A DNA stretch of 63,435 nucleotides, counting the filler, from Octopus bimaculoides (lineage: Eukaryota), in assembly GCF_001194135.2 (NCBI RefSeq). It is 5 parts of 5 records of this genome, joined end to end, with 100 filler letters (N's around TTAATTAATTAA, not from the genome) between each part and the next. Parts side by side here need not be neighbours in the genome. Positions count along the whole stretch, not along the records: positions 1 to 18,111 come from NC_068992.1; positions 18,212 to 32,431 come from NC_069001.1; 3 more parts are not named here. One strand, 5' to 3'. A program made the position numbers and the translations under genes. This document shows, piece by piece, positions 12,148 to 24,559 of this stretch (position 1 is the stretch's first letter; every line of letters starts with the position of its first letter). Under the pieces are notes generated by a model, which did not search any database, was not told the origin of the DNA, and saw nothing but the letters and a program-made list of their open reading frames with translations.

Positions 12148-13031
12148 NNNNNNNNNNNNNNNNNNNNNNNNNNNNNNNNNNNNNNNNNNNNNNNNNNNNN
12201 NNNNNNNNNNNNNNNNNNNNNNNNNNNNNNNNNNNNNNNNNNNNNNNNNNNNNNNNNNNNNNNNNNNNNNNNNNNNNNNNNNNNNNNNNNNNNNNNNNNN
12301 NNNNNNNNNNNNNNNNNNNNNNNNNNNNNNNNNNNNNNNNNNNNNNNNNNNNNNNNNNNNNNNNNNNNNNNNNNNNNNNNNNNNNNNNNNNNNNNNNNNN
12401 NNNNNNNNNNNNNNNNNNNNNNNNNNNNNNNNNNNNNNNNNNNNNNNNNNNNNNNNNNNNNNNNNNNNNNNNNNNNNNNNNNNNNNNNNNNNNNNNNNNN
12501 NNNNNNNNNNNNNNNNNNNNNNNNNNNNNNNNNNNNNNNNNNNNNNNNNNNNNNNNNNNNNNNNNNNNNNNNNNNNNNNNNNNNNNNNNNNNNNNNNNNN
12601 NNNNNNNNNNNNNNNNNNNNNNNNNNNNNNNNNNNNNNNNNNNNNNNNNNNNNNNNNNNNNNNNNNNNNNNNNNNNNNNNNNNNNNNNNNNNNNNNNNNN
12701 NNNNNNNNNNNNNNNNNNNNNNNNNNNNNNNNNNNNNNNNNNNNNNNNNNNNNNNNNNNNNNNNNNNNNNNNNNNNNNNNNNNNNNNNNNNNNNNNNNNN
12801 NNNNNNNNNNNNNNNNNNNNNNNNNNNNNNNNNNNNNNNNNNNNNNNNNNNNNNNNNNNNNNNNNNNNNNNNNNNNNNNNNNNNNNNNNNNNNNNNNNNN
12901 NNNNNNNNNNNNNNNNNNNNNNNNNNNNNNNNNNNNNNNNNNNNNNNNNNNNNNNNNNNNNNNNNNNNNNNNNNNNNNNNNNNNNNNNNNNNNNNNNNNN
13001 NNNNNNNNNNNNNNNNNNNNNNNNNNNNNNN

Positions 13032-13143
13032 GAGCTTTAGGTGTTTTCGCTCAATAAACACTCACAACGCCCGGTCTGGGAATCGAAACCGCGATCCTAT
13101 GACCGCGAGTCCGCTGCCTTAACCACTGGGCCATTGCGCCTCC
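13032..13143 (-). mobile_element. Family-C SINE 5' part, truncated by a gap
   Basis: Essentially identical to the head of the 36992 and 43111 copies. Confidence 0.9.
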
Positions 13144-13239
13144 ACACGCACAGCGCTATATTTATATATACTAGCTGGACCCGTGAAAGATTCACGAAAA
13201 ACATAAAAAAATGTAAGCATCTATAAACAGTGTACTGGT

Positions 13240-13410
13240 GCCATGAGAAATGCTTGCATATATGACCGTCTGTCTTTGCGTTCTGAGTTCAAATTCTTCC
13301 GATGTCGACTTTTCCTTTCATCCTTTCAGGGTCGATAAATTAAGTACCAGTTATGCACTGGGATCAATCTAATACACTGGAGTCCTCCCCACAAAAATTT
13401 CAGGCCTAGA
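13240..13410 (+). mobile_element. Diverged family-A SINE
   Basis: TTCTGAGTTCAAATTC...CCTTTCATCCTTTCAGGGTCGATAAATTAAGTACCAG...AATTTCAGGCCT. Confidence 0.85.
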
Positions 13411-13689
13411 AATGTATATTGTCATAATTACAGAATATCGAAAATAATGTAACTCCAATGACTATAAAATCCAACCAAAATATCTCAGTTACGCAAACGT
13501 AAACTGAATTACTATTTAACCTTAAAATACATCGAACATATTTAAAGAACCTTCATGGTTTAGTGGAACGGAACGTTTTTCTGGTATTATTTTATTTTTT
13601 TTTTACTTGTTGCAGTCATTTGACGGTGGCCATGCTGGAAGCACCGCCATTTAGTCTTATGAAACAAGATGATATTCGACTCTGTTCAC

Positions 13690-13915
13690 GGCGAATGTAT
13701 TTTATCCTTCTTCAAATAGCGACTGGAGCGTAGAACGAGGATTTTCCACAACTTTTCATCTCTGTTGTTATGCAATATTTTGTGCGTCTTTGTTTTCTTC
13801 AGGTTTAAGGCATTTTCAGTTTCACACTTCAGAATAAGTGATCTCTCTTCCAACATTTGTGACGATGGAGGATCAAGTTTCACTGATGGTCTTAGTTCTA
13901 TTGACCTTGGCTTTG
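13690..13915 (-). pseudogene. Possible RTE-like LINE ORF2 relic (pre-RT linker)
   Basis: LILKCETENALNLKKTK resembles the ILKSEVEKALKxLKxNK motif that precedes KAPGxD. Weak similarity by eye only. Confidence 0.3.
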
Positions 13916-14191
13916 CTTCTCACCCTTATCTCTCTCTCTCTCTCTCTCTCTTTCTCTCACATATCCGTTCTTCCTCTCCCCCCCACGCCCGTCTTCTTCT
14001 CCGCGACATTTCTTCTATCATCCATTGCCGTCGAACACGCCCTCAAATTAGCCCCGCCCACTTTCGTTTATTTACTCCTACTTCTCTTTCCTCATTCTCT
14101 TCCTTTTCCCCCCTTCTTTTCCTTTTCTCCTTTTTCTATCTTGTAATTTCTTTGTTATTGTTATTTTTTTCATTACATTCATCGACGTCGC

Positions 14192-14231
<40 letters not shown>

Positions 14232-14232
14232 G

Positions 14233-14273
<41 letters not shown>

Positions 14274-14951
14274 GTCATCATCATCATCATCATCATCANN
14301 NNNNNNNNNNNNNNNNNNNNNNNNNNNNNNNNNNNNNNNNNNNNNNNNNNNNNNNNNNNNNNNNNNNNNNNNNNNNNNNNNNNNNNNNNNNNNNNNNNNN
14401 NNNNNNNNNNNNNNNNNNNNNNNNNNNNNNNNNNNNNNNNNNNNNNNNNNNNNNNNNNNNNNNNNNNNNNNNNNNNNNNNNNNNNNNNNNNNNNNNNNNN
14501 NNNNNNNNNNNNNNNNNNNNNNNNNNNNNNNNNNNNNNNNNNNNNNNNNNNNNNNNNNNNNNNNNNNNNNNNNNNNNNNNNNNNNNNNNNNNNNNNNNNN
14601 NNNNNNNNNNNNNNNNNNNNNNNNNNNNNNNNNNNNNNNNNNNNNNNNNNNNNNNNNNNNNNNNNNNNNNNNNNNNNNNNNNNNNNNNNNNNNNNNNNNN
14701 NNNNNNNNNNNNNNNNNNNNNNNNNNNNNNNNNNNNNNNNNNNNNNNNNNNNNNNNNNNNNNNNNNNNNNNNNNNNNNNNNNNNNNNNNNNNNNNNNNNN
14801 NNNNNNNNNNNNNNNNNNNNNNNNNNNNNNNNNNNNNNNNNNNNNNNNNNNNNNNNNNNNNNNNNNNNNNNNNNNNNNNNNNNNNNNNNNNNNNNNNNNN
14901 NNNNNNNNNNNNNNNNNNNNNNNNNCTCATCATCATCATCATCATCATCAG

Positions 14952-14982
<31 letters not shown>
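14192..14982. repeat. (CAT)n microsatellite flanking both sides of a gap
   Basis: (CAT)n at 14192-14298 and 14927-14982. Confidence 0.9.
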
Positions 14983-15144
14983 GCCACCAACTTCGTCATC
15001 CTCATCCTTTTCATGTTTCTGTTTTTCTTGTCCTCAACCTCTTTCTTTCGTCTGTTTTACTTCTACCACACACTAAAACTTTACTGGCGAACACACTCCA
15101 CCCTCATCACCACCACCACGGTCCCGACGACGACGACGACCACC

Positions 15145-15175
<31 letters not shown>

Positions 15176-16325
15176 CCGTCACTGCCTCCACACAGTCACG
15201 CCTGCTCCTATGCACACACACACACACACACACACACNNNNNNNNNNCACAACACAGTACAACAACCCTCCACACACACTTATGTATATATACTTATGTA
15301 TATATGTATATATACATGCACATATGCATGCTCACACAAAAGTAGATGGCTAAAATGTATGTCCATGTGCGCACATTTACACACACGCACACACACACGC
15401 ACACACACACACACACACGCACACACACACACACACATACACACACACACACACATATATGCAAACGCATTCGTGCAAAGATAATTAGTTATCTATGACA
15501 TTATCTAATTTGCCACAAACTTCACACAGCTGGAAGGTGGACATAACTATTGACCGCCACTCTTAAGTGACTTACACTTTGACACTGCACACACTGACCA
15601 GTGACATCAACGCAACGTCCACTCGCCCAGGTGTTGCGCTACTGCTGCTTCTAGCGATTTTATAATTTATGTACATATATTATCGAAGTTCTATGCGATG
15701 AAAGGCTACAGTTTGCGGAAAAACAAAATTTCTAGCTGCTACATTGACCAATTATTCGCATCACGTGTAACGGCCATCCTTAATAAGTTAATAAAACGAC
15801 AAAATCAAAATAATAAAAGTAATATTTTCTTGCAGTGATCATAAAAATGTTACGGTTATTTTGAAAGATTTTAAGATTGTAGGAACATTTTAGAGAACAC
15901 ATGAACTACCTAGTCTCCTTTAAAATGGTATTTTTCCTTAAGCGTTTGTTTCTTGAGAAGATATAAATTCCATACAGATAATATTGGGGGTGCATTTTTA
16001 CTAGAGAACACCTTTGGCAATTGAATTCTTCGTCATCGTTTCAATATTGACTGTTGTTATCCATTATTTTATGTCTACGTCAACTTCGAATGTTATCTAT
16101 TGATGTTCATCTCTATGTCAAAAAGTAAATGATCTTATTTCTGGGACAAACTTGAAGTCGTAATTTTATCTGCAATATTATTCCGCTACGGTAACATAAC
16201 AATGCATTAGCAAAGCTTCAACAAATCTTAACATGCTGTACTATATCGCTAGTTTGATGTCAGAGGAAAGTTTATATGGCTGGATTTGAAACCAGAGTCC
16301 CAGTAAACGAAGAAAATTCACAGAA

Positions 16326-16864
16326 GATGAAACCTGGAACCATCACTTTGAAATAAAATCCAAAAGGCAGAATATGGAGTGGAAACACTAGTACTCGCCA
16401 GCGAAAAAGAAATGCTGTCCTTTTTGGGGAACGCAAAAGGTCTTATACTGGAACATTATTGGAAAAGGGATCTACAATCTCGAGTCTAGGCTACAGTTAA
16501 CCAACAAACTGAAATCAGCAATTCGCAGCAAACAATGAGGTCTATTGACAGCACAGATGTTATTGTTACACGACATTGCATGCACACATACGACTGTCCA
16601 TACCGTTGAGACTGTGGAAAATTGGCTTTGTAGTTTTGCTGACACATCCTGCATACAGTCTCGATTTCACCGCTTCCGACTGTCACCTCTTTGAACCGTT
16701 CGAACATCCTTTACTAAATCGTCGATTTGCTACGGACAAAGAAAAGTAGTAAGCGGTGTATAAATGGCTGCGCGACCAGCCGAAACCCTTCTCCTATGAA
16801 ATAAGCAGGCTTGTGGAGCGCTGGTAGAAATGCATTGAAAAGCTAGGAGACTGTCGAAAAATGA
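16326..16864 (+). pseudogene. mariner (DD34D-type) transposase pseudogene, catalytic domain to C-terminus
   Basis: Frameshifted translation gives DETWNHHFE, SKRQNMEWKH, HPAYSLDFTASDCHLFEP (the YSPDLAPSD motif) and LVERW*KCIEKLGD (mariner C-terminus). Confidence 0.88.
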
Positions 16865-16993
16865 TGTAATAGTGTGTGTGTGTGTGTGTGTGTGTGTATA
16901 AGTGTATGTGTGTGGATGTGTGTGTGTGTGTGTGCGTGCGTTTGTGTGAGTGTATTTATACACACACATACACACACACACACACACACACAG

Positions 16994-17026
<33 letters not shown>

Positions 17027-17104
17027 CACACACATACACACACATATATGTATATAAATACCTTAAAACCTATGCGCAGGAAAAGCTACTAGATTAGAGT
17101 GGTA

Positions 17105-17359
17105 GGTTTAAAATATTTTCATCGATTCTATTCTAATGTAAACGATGAACATAGAGAACCAAACAAGAAATGCCTAAGATATTTTGAATCGATGAATGAT
17201 TTTTTTTTTCATAATTTCGAATACAATATTTCAAAAGAGAATTTTGATTACATCACAAATAAATTATTATTTGAGATTTAAGGCTGTACACTGGCCACAC
17301 TCACAACCGACGGCATTACTGAAAATAAATGCTTAAAATGAGACACAAACCCTCTAGAC
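17105..17359 (+). repeat. Unclassified dispersed repeat X, copy 2
   Basis: Aligns with the reverse complement of 462-750. It ends exactly at the hAT MITE. Confidence 0.7.
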
Positions 17360-17656
17360 CAGGGGTTTTCAAACTGTGGTCCGCGGACCACAGGGGGTCC
17401 GCAAGGACAAGACAGGGGGTCCGTGGACTGCAAATACTTTTTATGGGCAATTTGATTTTATATATGTTTTTTAATCGAGATCTTTTAATTGACAATAAAC
17501 CTATTTGTTAAATACTGTTAAATAAATAAATGTAAAAATATATGTTATTTTAAGCAAATATTTATGTATAAATTTCATAAGCGTTTATAAAGGGGTCCCT
17601 AAGGTAAAGCCTGAAATATAAAGGGGTCCGCAAGTCAAAAAGTTTGAAAACCCCTG
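17360..17656. mobile_element. hAT-superfamily (Charlie-like) MITE
   Basis: Perfect 16-bp TIRs CAGGGGTTTTCAAACT / AGTTTGAAAACCCCTG and repeated subterminal GGGGTCC motifs. The left flank CTCTAGAC matches the NTCTAGAN target typical of Charlie hATs. Confidence 0.9.
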
Positions 17657-17679
17657 CACGTGTCTCACACACAGGGAAG

Positions 17680-17820
17680 GTGAGCAGACTAATAGATAAG
17701 GTATTGGACTCACGATGATAAGGTCAAGAATTCGATTCCTGAACCGGGTGGCACGTTTCCTTCAGCAAGGCACCCCATTGCACGTTTCTCTTATCTACTC
17801 AGGAGTAATAAATACCACGG
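17680..17820 (+). mobile_element. Degenerate family-D-like SINE
   Basis: Contains GAATTCGATTCCTG (B box-like), CTTCAGCAAGGCAC and TACTCAGGAGTAATAAATACC. Confidence 0.45.
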
Positions 17821-18155
17821 GGTGTAGTTCTCTCTCTTTCCTACTGCCACATGTACCGTTTGGTTAAGAGTGAGAATATCAAGATGGTGTCTATGTCTAC
17901 ACGCGACTATATTACTATATTGATCCCTAATGCATGTAGCAAAAGTATGGCTGTTATTTGGCTTTATATATAAAGATAGGTATCAATATTAACTGCAGCA
18001 TTAGCTCCATCAAAATACTGAGGATACACACCACGAAACGTAAGTACAAAGGTAGATTAATACTTGTACTCCAATTGAGTCCACATCAACCGCCTCCACT
18101 TTGGTCACTTANNNNNNNNNNNNNNNNNNNNNNNNNNNNNNNNNNNNNNNNNNNN

Positions 18156-18167
18156 TTAATTAATTAA
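18156..18167. other. Artificial scaffold-join linker TTAATTAATTAA between two 44-N runs (also at 32476-32487, 52704-52715, 60626-60637)
   Basis: Four identical 44N+12+44N = 100-bp cassettes. The 12-mer encodes stops in all six frames. Confidence 0.9.
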
Positions 18168-18211
18168 NNNNNNNNNNNNNNNNNNNNNNNNNNNNNNNNN
18201 NNNNNNNNNNN

Positions 18212-18247
<36 letters not shown>

Positions 18248-18284
18248 TGTATTTGTGTGCGTGTGTGTGTGTTTTTGTGCATGT

Positions 18285-18484
18285 GTTTCTCACCCGCTTG
18301 ACAACCGGTGTTGGAATGTTTAGATCTCTGTAAACTAGCAGTTCGGCCAAAGAGATCAATAGAATAAGTACCAGTCTTTACAAAAAAACAGGTACTTCAA
18401 TCGATTCGTTCGACTAAAATTCTTCAAGGCAGTGACCCGGCATTGCTGCAGCCTAATGGTTGACACACGCAAAAAAAGAAGATA
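18285..18484 (+). mobile_element. Diverged family-B SINE 3' half
   Basis: CGCTTGACAACCGGTGTTGG...GATCAATAGAATAAGTACCAG...TCGACTAAAATTCTTCAAGGC. Confidence 0.8.
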
Positions 18485-18701
18485 ACATTTAAGATATAAT
18501 GCAATACGATCATTTCGATCCTTGTTCGACCTAGGATTTAGTTATAATTTCTTATATAGAGCCTAGTTTACGTACACCTAATTAGCAATCCACCGCGTAG
18601 TATCAAGCTTAATAGTAGATAATTATGTGTATGTACGTATAAACAAATACATATCCATAGATGTACATGCCAGGTGTCCTGAAAGTAATGTGAAAGTCTC
18701 T

Positions 18702-18782
18702 GCGGAGAAGTAGCTGAATCGTTAGGACGCCCGACAAAATGCGTAGCGGCAGTTGGTCTCTCCTTACGTTCTGAGTTCAAAT
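18702..18782 (+). mobile_element. Family-A SINE head fragment
   Basis: GCTGAATCGTTAGGACGCCCGACAAAATGCGTAGCGG...TACGTTCTGAGTTCAAAT. Confidence 0.75.
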
Positions 18783-18947
18783 AATAATTAATCGTATGTT
18801 CTAATTATGTTCAAGAATACACTTGGCAACAAAGCTGAAAATATTTAGAATCCAAAGTGAATGATATAAGGAACTAGATGTATTGGTTTTACTCAGTATT
18901 GTAAACTAAAAGATGGATGTCACATTCACATACCAATATGTATGTAA

Positions 18948-18983
<36 letters not shown>

Positions 18984-20629
18984 GCTGTAGGCACACTGAA
19001 AGGGTGTGTTTTGTTATTGTTTCATGAAATAAGATACGAGTGCTCAAATATGTTGAGTATACATCGTTATGACGAGTATCTAGGATTTGTATTAGTAGTT
19101 CATTTTATATTTCTGGTATCGTTCTGTTGCTTAATTTTCGTGTATTAACACTTGCTTTATCGAATAGTTAGCTCTTCTCTTTATTTCCATTATGTATACA
19201 TGGTTTGGTGCGTTCTATTCCCTTTCAGAAAGTTCGTTTATTTATCATATATTAACAACAGTTTAAACATGTTCGGTACTTCATATTGATATAGCTTCTA
19301 CTTACACAAGTGTAATTCCCATTCTCGATCCCAAACTGCACATTTTACTGACGATAACGGGGCATTATGATATGTAAAATTTACCTTCCGTATTTTTGTT
19401 TTGTTTTAGACAATCTGACGTCAGGGCTTTAGTGCTAGCTTAACGAATACAGAAATAGGATGTAAGCATTTTTCGACTATTACTCGTATGATAGAACAAA
19501 GTTTCACTCGTTAGTAATACAAAGAGACTGGTGTATGATCACACAAACCTCCACGGGTTTGTATTGTTGTTGGTGATTCTTGTAGTTTGGTCGTATATTG
19601 TATATTGTACAGCATTCAGTTTCTGCTCAGTTAATTCATTTAGTTTGCTTACGTAATCTTTATTTACTTGTTTCCATTGCCCAGTATATGCTATGGAAAA
19701 CATGCTTTATAAATAACAATGACAGTTGCTGCAGATAATCCATAAAAGTTTCGAACATTCTCTGTCCTAGTAGGATTTACTATCTAATTAATTCGATAAT
19801 TTGTTCAACTTTTACGAAATACAGTTATTGATTTCGAAATTGCTTCTCCGAAATGGCGTTCAAAAATAAGACAGCTCAGACAAAGACAAAAACAACAAAA
19901 TCAAAAGCACGGGGAGTAACAATAACCGCAACGATAACTACAGTCTGCTACAGAACCTAGCCTAGCCAGAGACACAAACAACAACACTGTTACAGTGGCT
20001 ACAGAAGGCAGCCGCAAGAACAAAAGGAACGACGATAATAATGGTCATAAGCGGTAATGATAGTGGCAGTGATTTCACTTAATTAATTTCGTACTCTCAG
20101 GTTATCCACTGAACATTACAAATTAGCAAGGGATTCTCTGCGAACTCATTCGGCATGATAGAAAAATCTGTTAAATCTCTTTCAAATCACACCTAAAATC
20201 TAAGAGAAAAGACACATCTGATAATATAATTCTGTATGCGGCTGTCCATGGGAAAAGTTCAGGAAATTAGTGCCACCACTGCTTTGCAGGGGCCGGTGTA
20301 AGTTCTACTGCCAGATACACAGGGAGAACTTGGCGTTTCCAAGCCTTGGCCGGCAACCATATTAGAGTTGGCGTTGTAAATGGGATGTCTCGTTACTTGA
20401 AAATCTCAACTAGACACATTTGAGAAACCAACCCTGTAGAAAATCACTTGTTCATTCCGGCGATGATAACCAATACCTATTCAAATAACAGCGTGAACAG
20501 GAAGACTCACCTAAGTGTCCAAGACACTGGAGCTCCCGTGCCCGACAAAGCTCCGTCAGAGGGCAATGAAGTGGTAGATCAAACTCTACCCGGTCGTGTT
20601 CCTTTTACTGGTCAAATATGCAACGTATT

Positions 20630-21120
20630 AGCAAACGAAAGTGGTCGACCGATGTAAACAAAAAGCAATTAGGTGTCATGTACAAGCCTTGCTAGACAAA
20701 GGCAATGGTAAAAAGAGCCCTTGAACTTTAGAACCAGCTAAGTATGTGCCAGATTAGAGAAAATGGGCTCATGAATCACATAAGAACGATTCGGAACAGA
20801 GGCTTTCTTTATGAAACCAGAAGTCAGACAATCAGAGAGCCTCTGTGGTGATGATAACTTCGAGCAGGATAATATAGGTGAAAATCAACAGATAAATAGG
20901 CAAGGTGAAGATACTGCAGAGGAGAGGTACTTGCGTGGAGAAATGGGAAGGATGCAGTATAATCTAAAGAACCATGTATTACCATGGATATGACTGGGGA
21001 TATGACTGATATGACTGAGGAACAAAGAGGCCTAATGATAAGACTCAAAGAAATAATCAATACAGGGTGAATTGGCTTGGGACTAAGCGGGATATCCTCC
21101 TCCATATAAAATCTGAACAT
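20630..21120 (+). pseudogene. N-terminal ORF relic of an R4/Dong-type LINE
   Basis: Fragments RKWSTDVNK-AIRCHVQALLD and IRTIRNRGFL resemble the RxKWTxEENxxxxxCY ... EQRLADQxRxIxxxxWL N-terminal block of these elements. Multiple frameshifts. Confidence 0.5.
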
Positions 21121-22139
21121 CTGGATAGGATATCAGACCTCATCTGCTTGTTAAATGACATGTGAATATGTGACTGCGGGCAGTTGTGGGTGGGAGGAGA
21201 TGAGGGTCGAAAAGCTATATATGTGGAACTATCGACCTACTGACAGCTTTCTTCACGTATAACCAAAGCAGAAACGGGAAAAGTAGGGCGCCACTATTTC
21301 TGAAACCATCACCATTGCTACAAAAACAAGAACAGTAACAACAAAAGCGTACAAAAACAGATACAGTAGCATCAGCAACAGTGATAAAGAGCAATGATCA
21401 CATCTCTACTAACATCAACAATAGAATCGATAACCACAGCATCAGTTGCAACAGCTGTGGAAACAACCAAAGGAGCAGCACCAACAATATATACGTGTAG
21501 ATCATTAGCAATAGCAACTGTGGTAGTGCAAAAGCAATTGCCTCACAATAAGCGCCACTCAAGAGATATCCCATTTAGCACTCTCTCTGCCCCTTCACCT
21601 ATTCCTTCCCTATTGCATGCACAACCACAGACACAGGAAAAAAATCATGGTCCTCACGCCTTCCAACTCGGTGTTTTATAACCATAACAAAAATCACTTT
21701 TGATTAAAAATGGATGGGTTGGTGAGAGGGGGGGGGAGTAGTTACAGAAAAAATGTCTGAAAATGAAAATGAAAATGAAACAAAAACAAAACAAAAGAAC
21801 GTCAACTTCTCATCAACACCAAACACTGTTAAATCTAAAACGACAACAAGAATAACATCATTGCTACCACTTTCATCAATAATAACAATTTGAAAACAAA
21901 CAAAAACAAGAGCGAACACACAAGAGGAAAGCAGTAGACAAAAGATAAAAAAACACAAGTAAAATACATATCTTCAAACACAAATCCACCAACAACAAAT
22001 TACACCCATATCCAACTTTGTGCTACTAAGAAGAAAATGAAGAACTCATTATACATAGCACAAAGTGAAGATAGAAAAAAAGGAGGAGGTATTCAATAAA
22101 AGTATAATGAAAGTCCTTGGTGATCTGAAATAGTTAAGG

Positions 22140-22740
22140 AAGCTAATCGACATTTAAAGGAAAATGATAGAAATTTTCCTTTATGACGTTGGAAACCCTA
22201 ACATCAAAGTTTCGGACAAGCTTCTTCAGCGTTTCCTTAAAGAACTCTATACAGAGTTGCATCCGATCGCTTACAAAGAAATCTTTAATGTAAGAGGCAT
22301 ATTTACTTCTTCCACTCATTCCTAGCAACACTTGAGCTCTGAGGGGGGTGACATAAATACACGTGGATGTAGTCACTCTGGATTTCCGACACACCTGACT
22401 TCCGTCACACCTGACTTCCGACACACCTGCTATGACGAGTATGTTCATGACTTTGAAAAACCATCTCTTAGCCGACCAGGAATGTTTGGAGGGGGATAAG
22501 TGGCGGTGTCCTTTCAAAAGGGCCTGGGACTCAAGATACAGTTGATCAGCCTGGTCCTAGATGGTAAACTAACGGTCCTGAACATGGAAAGTAAAGAAGA
22601 GGGTCTCTTGAGAATAGTAGCGATCAATCTACGCTACTTGTCAAGCAGGGCAACCTCATTTCTTCAGGATTCTGGAGGCTCTCCTTGGAATGTTTCAATG
22701 TTTAGTGTTCGTGGTCAAACACTATGGAAATAAAAGATTG
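22140..22740 (-). pseudogene. Possible decayed L1/Tx1-like LINE ORF2 C-terminus
   Basis: LCIEFFKETLKKLVR resembles, from memory, the ..INFFKFHLKRKVR.. tail of Tx1-like ORF2. It contains a 16-bp x3 tandem at 22384-22431. Weak. Confidence 0.25.
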
Positions 22741-23114
22741 TGCATGCAGGCTCTTAAATATGTTATTCAACTTGCATTTCAGATTTTAAGTATACTACGA
22801 AAAGAACAAAAACTTTGTTTTCTCTGAAATCAATCGTAATCAGCCGTAATCAAATACTAGACACTAGCAATAAAGATAATGGTTGTAATATGTGACTTAG
22901 AAACAAAATATAATAGGAAAATTGGTAAAATATGTGTAAATACTGTGGTTTCTGGAATATTTTCTTATTCGTCATTCAACAAATGTCGTGAAACAAAATA
23001 ATTAATAGTTCAATATTTCATAATCTTAATTTATCGAAATGCCTACTGTATTTCTAAAATTGTGGGTGGGAGAAGATGTATTTCTAAAGTTTAATTAACC
23101 GAGTTAAATATTGA

Positions 23115-23235
23115 TTTCAAATTTTGGCACAAGGCCAGCATGTTCGGGAGACTCTAGGGTTCAACTGGTATCTATTTTATCGACCACTAAAGGATGAAAG
23201 GCAAAGTCAATATCGGTGGAATTTGCCAGCTCACC
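23115..23235 (-). mobile_element. Internally deleted family-A2 SINE
   Basis: TTTCAAATTTTGGCACAAGGCCAGCA...GGATGAAAGGCAAAGTC...GGAATTTG joined directly to CCAGCTCACC. Confidence 0.8.
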
Positions 23236-24559
23236 CTCTTAATTGATTAAATGTTAGTTTTCCGAACGTACACAAGTGTATGTTCAATTGTAATACATGC
23301 CCAAGCCATCTTTCATTTATTCGCTACGTATGAAATATTGTCCAGTAAGTTGCCTAATCGAGTTTTTCTCTTGCAATAAAATTTTGTCTTATTTTGAAAT
23401 TTAATGAAATACTTATAAATAAAAAGTTTTGACTTCATCTATTTTTATCTTCTGCCATTGGATTGCGGCCAAGCTGGGAGAACACCTTCAAATCTTTTAG
23501 TCGTGGTCACTTTATCGAACCATTAAGTTACACGGTCGTAAACGAGTGTTTTTTTTCTTATTATTTAAACAGTTTGATTCATCTCCAAGCAACTTAAAAT
23601 TTCGTGGGCTTCTAATAGAAACTCATCTCGTTCAGGATTAGATACCCAAATGAAGAAACACAGGAAGTCCAAGATGGCTATTGAAAAATAGGCTGCTATT
23701 GGTCAAGGCGGATCACATGATGGTGTTAGAGTGAGATCGGCAACTGAGTTACACCAGATGCGTTAGAAGGGAGAATTTCTCGGACTACGTGGCTGGAAAG
23801 GAAACATGTGGCCTCTTGGTGTCTGAGAGCTGACAGAAGCAGGGCCGATGTGTGTGTGTGTGTGTGTGTGTCACCAGATGTATGAAAAAGTGGATGTGGG
23901 TGTATTATTGGTTGTAAGAATATGTGTGTGTATGTATGTATGTATGTATGTATGTGTGCGAATATTGTGTGTTAGTATCTGCTATATACGCATGCATGTG
24001 AGAACGTGTTTAGGATGTATAGGTGTGTATGCGTAAGTATGCGCATTCTCGCGTTTATGTATTAACGTATGAGTGTCTACGGTTTTATCTATAAAAAACA
24101 TATATGTTTGCGTACGTATGCTTTTGTCTCGTGTGTGCACGTGTGTATACATACATATTCATGCTTTTGTTATTTATGTGTGCGGGTGTAACAGATGTAT
24201 GATAGTGTAGGTGCAAAAGTCTTGCTATAGGAAATAGTGTTGTGCTGAGGTTCGGTAGAGCGAGGGAAAGAGGACAGGAGTGTACATAATTAGATGAGTG
24301 TATGTGTGTGCATACATGAATGTGAACATGTATAGGTGTGTGTGTGTGCGCACATAAATGTTTATCTGTGTATATATTTGTGTTTGCACATCACATTTAT
24401 GGAGGCGAATGCAGGGGTGGGTTCAGTCTGCAGTCAGCGTAGGCACTGATTATTAGGAGGCCAGTTCTTTGTTGTGTTGCAGTCAGTTCTGAGGAGTAGC
24501 CGATGGTAAGGTGGCATATCTGAGTTGTCAGCAGCTAGTAGCTTGAAGTTCATCTGGAG

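Noticed and set aside
18156-18167. TTAATTAATTAA as a biological element (PacI-like or piggyBac TTAA site)
   Set aside because: It is always flanked by exactly 44 N on each side, so it is an assembly linker.
19410-19461. 52-nt segment with good acceptor and GTAAGC donor
   Set aside because: There are stops in all three frames and no other support. At most it is a non-coding exon.
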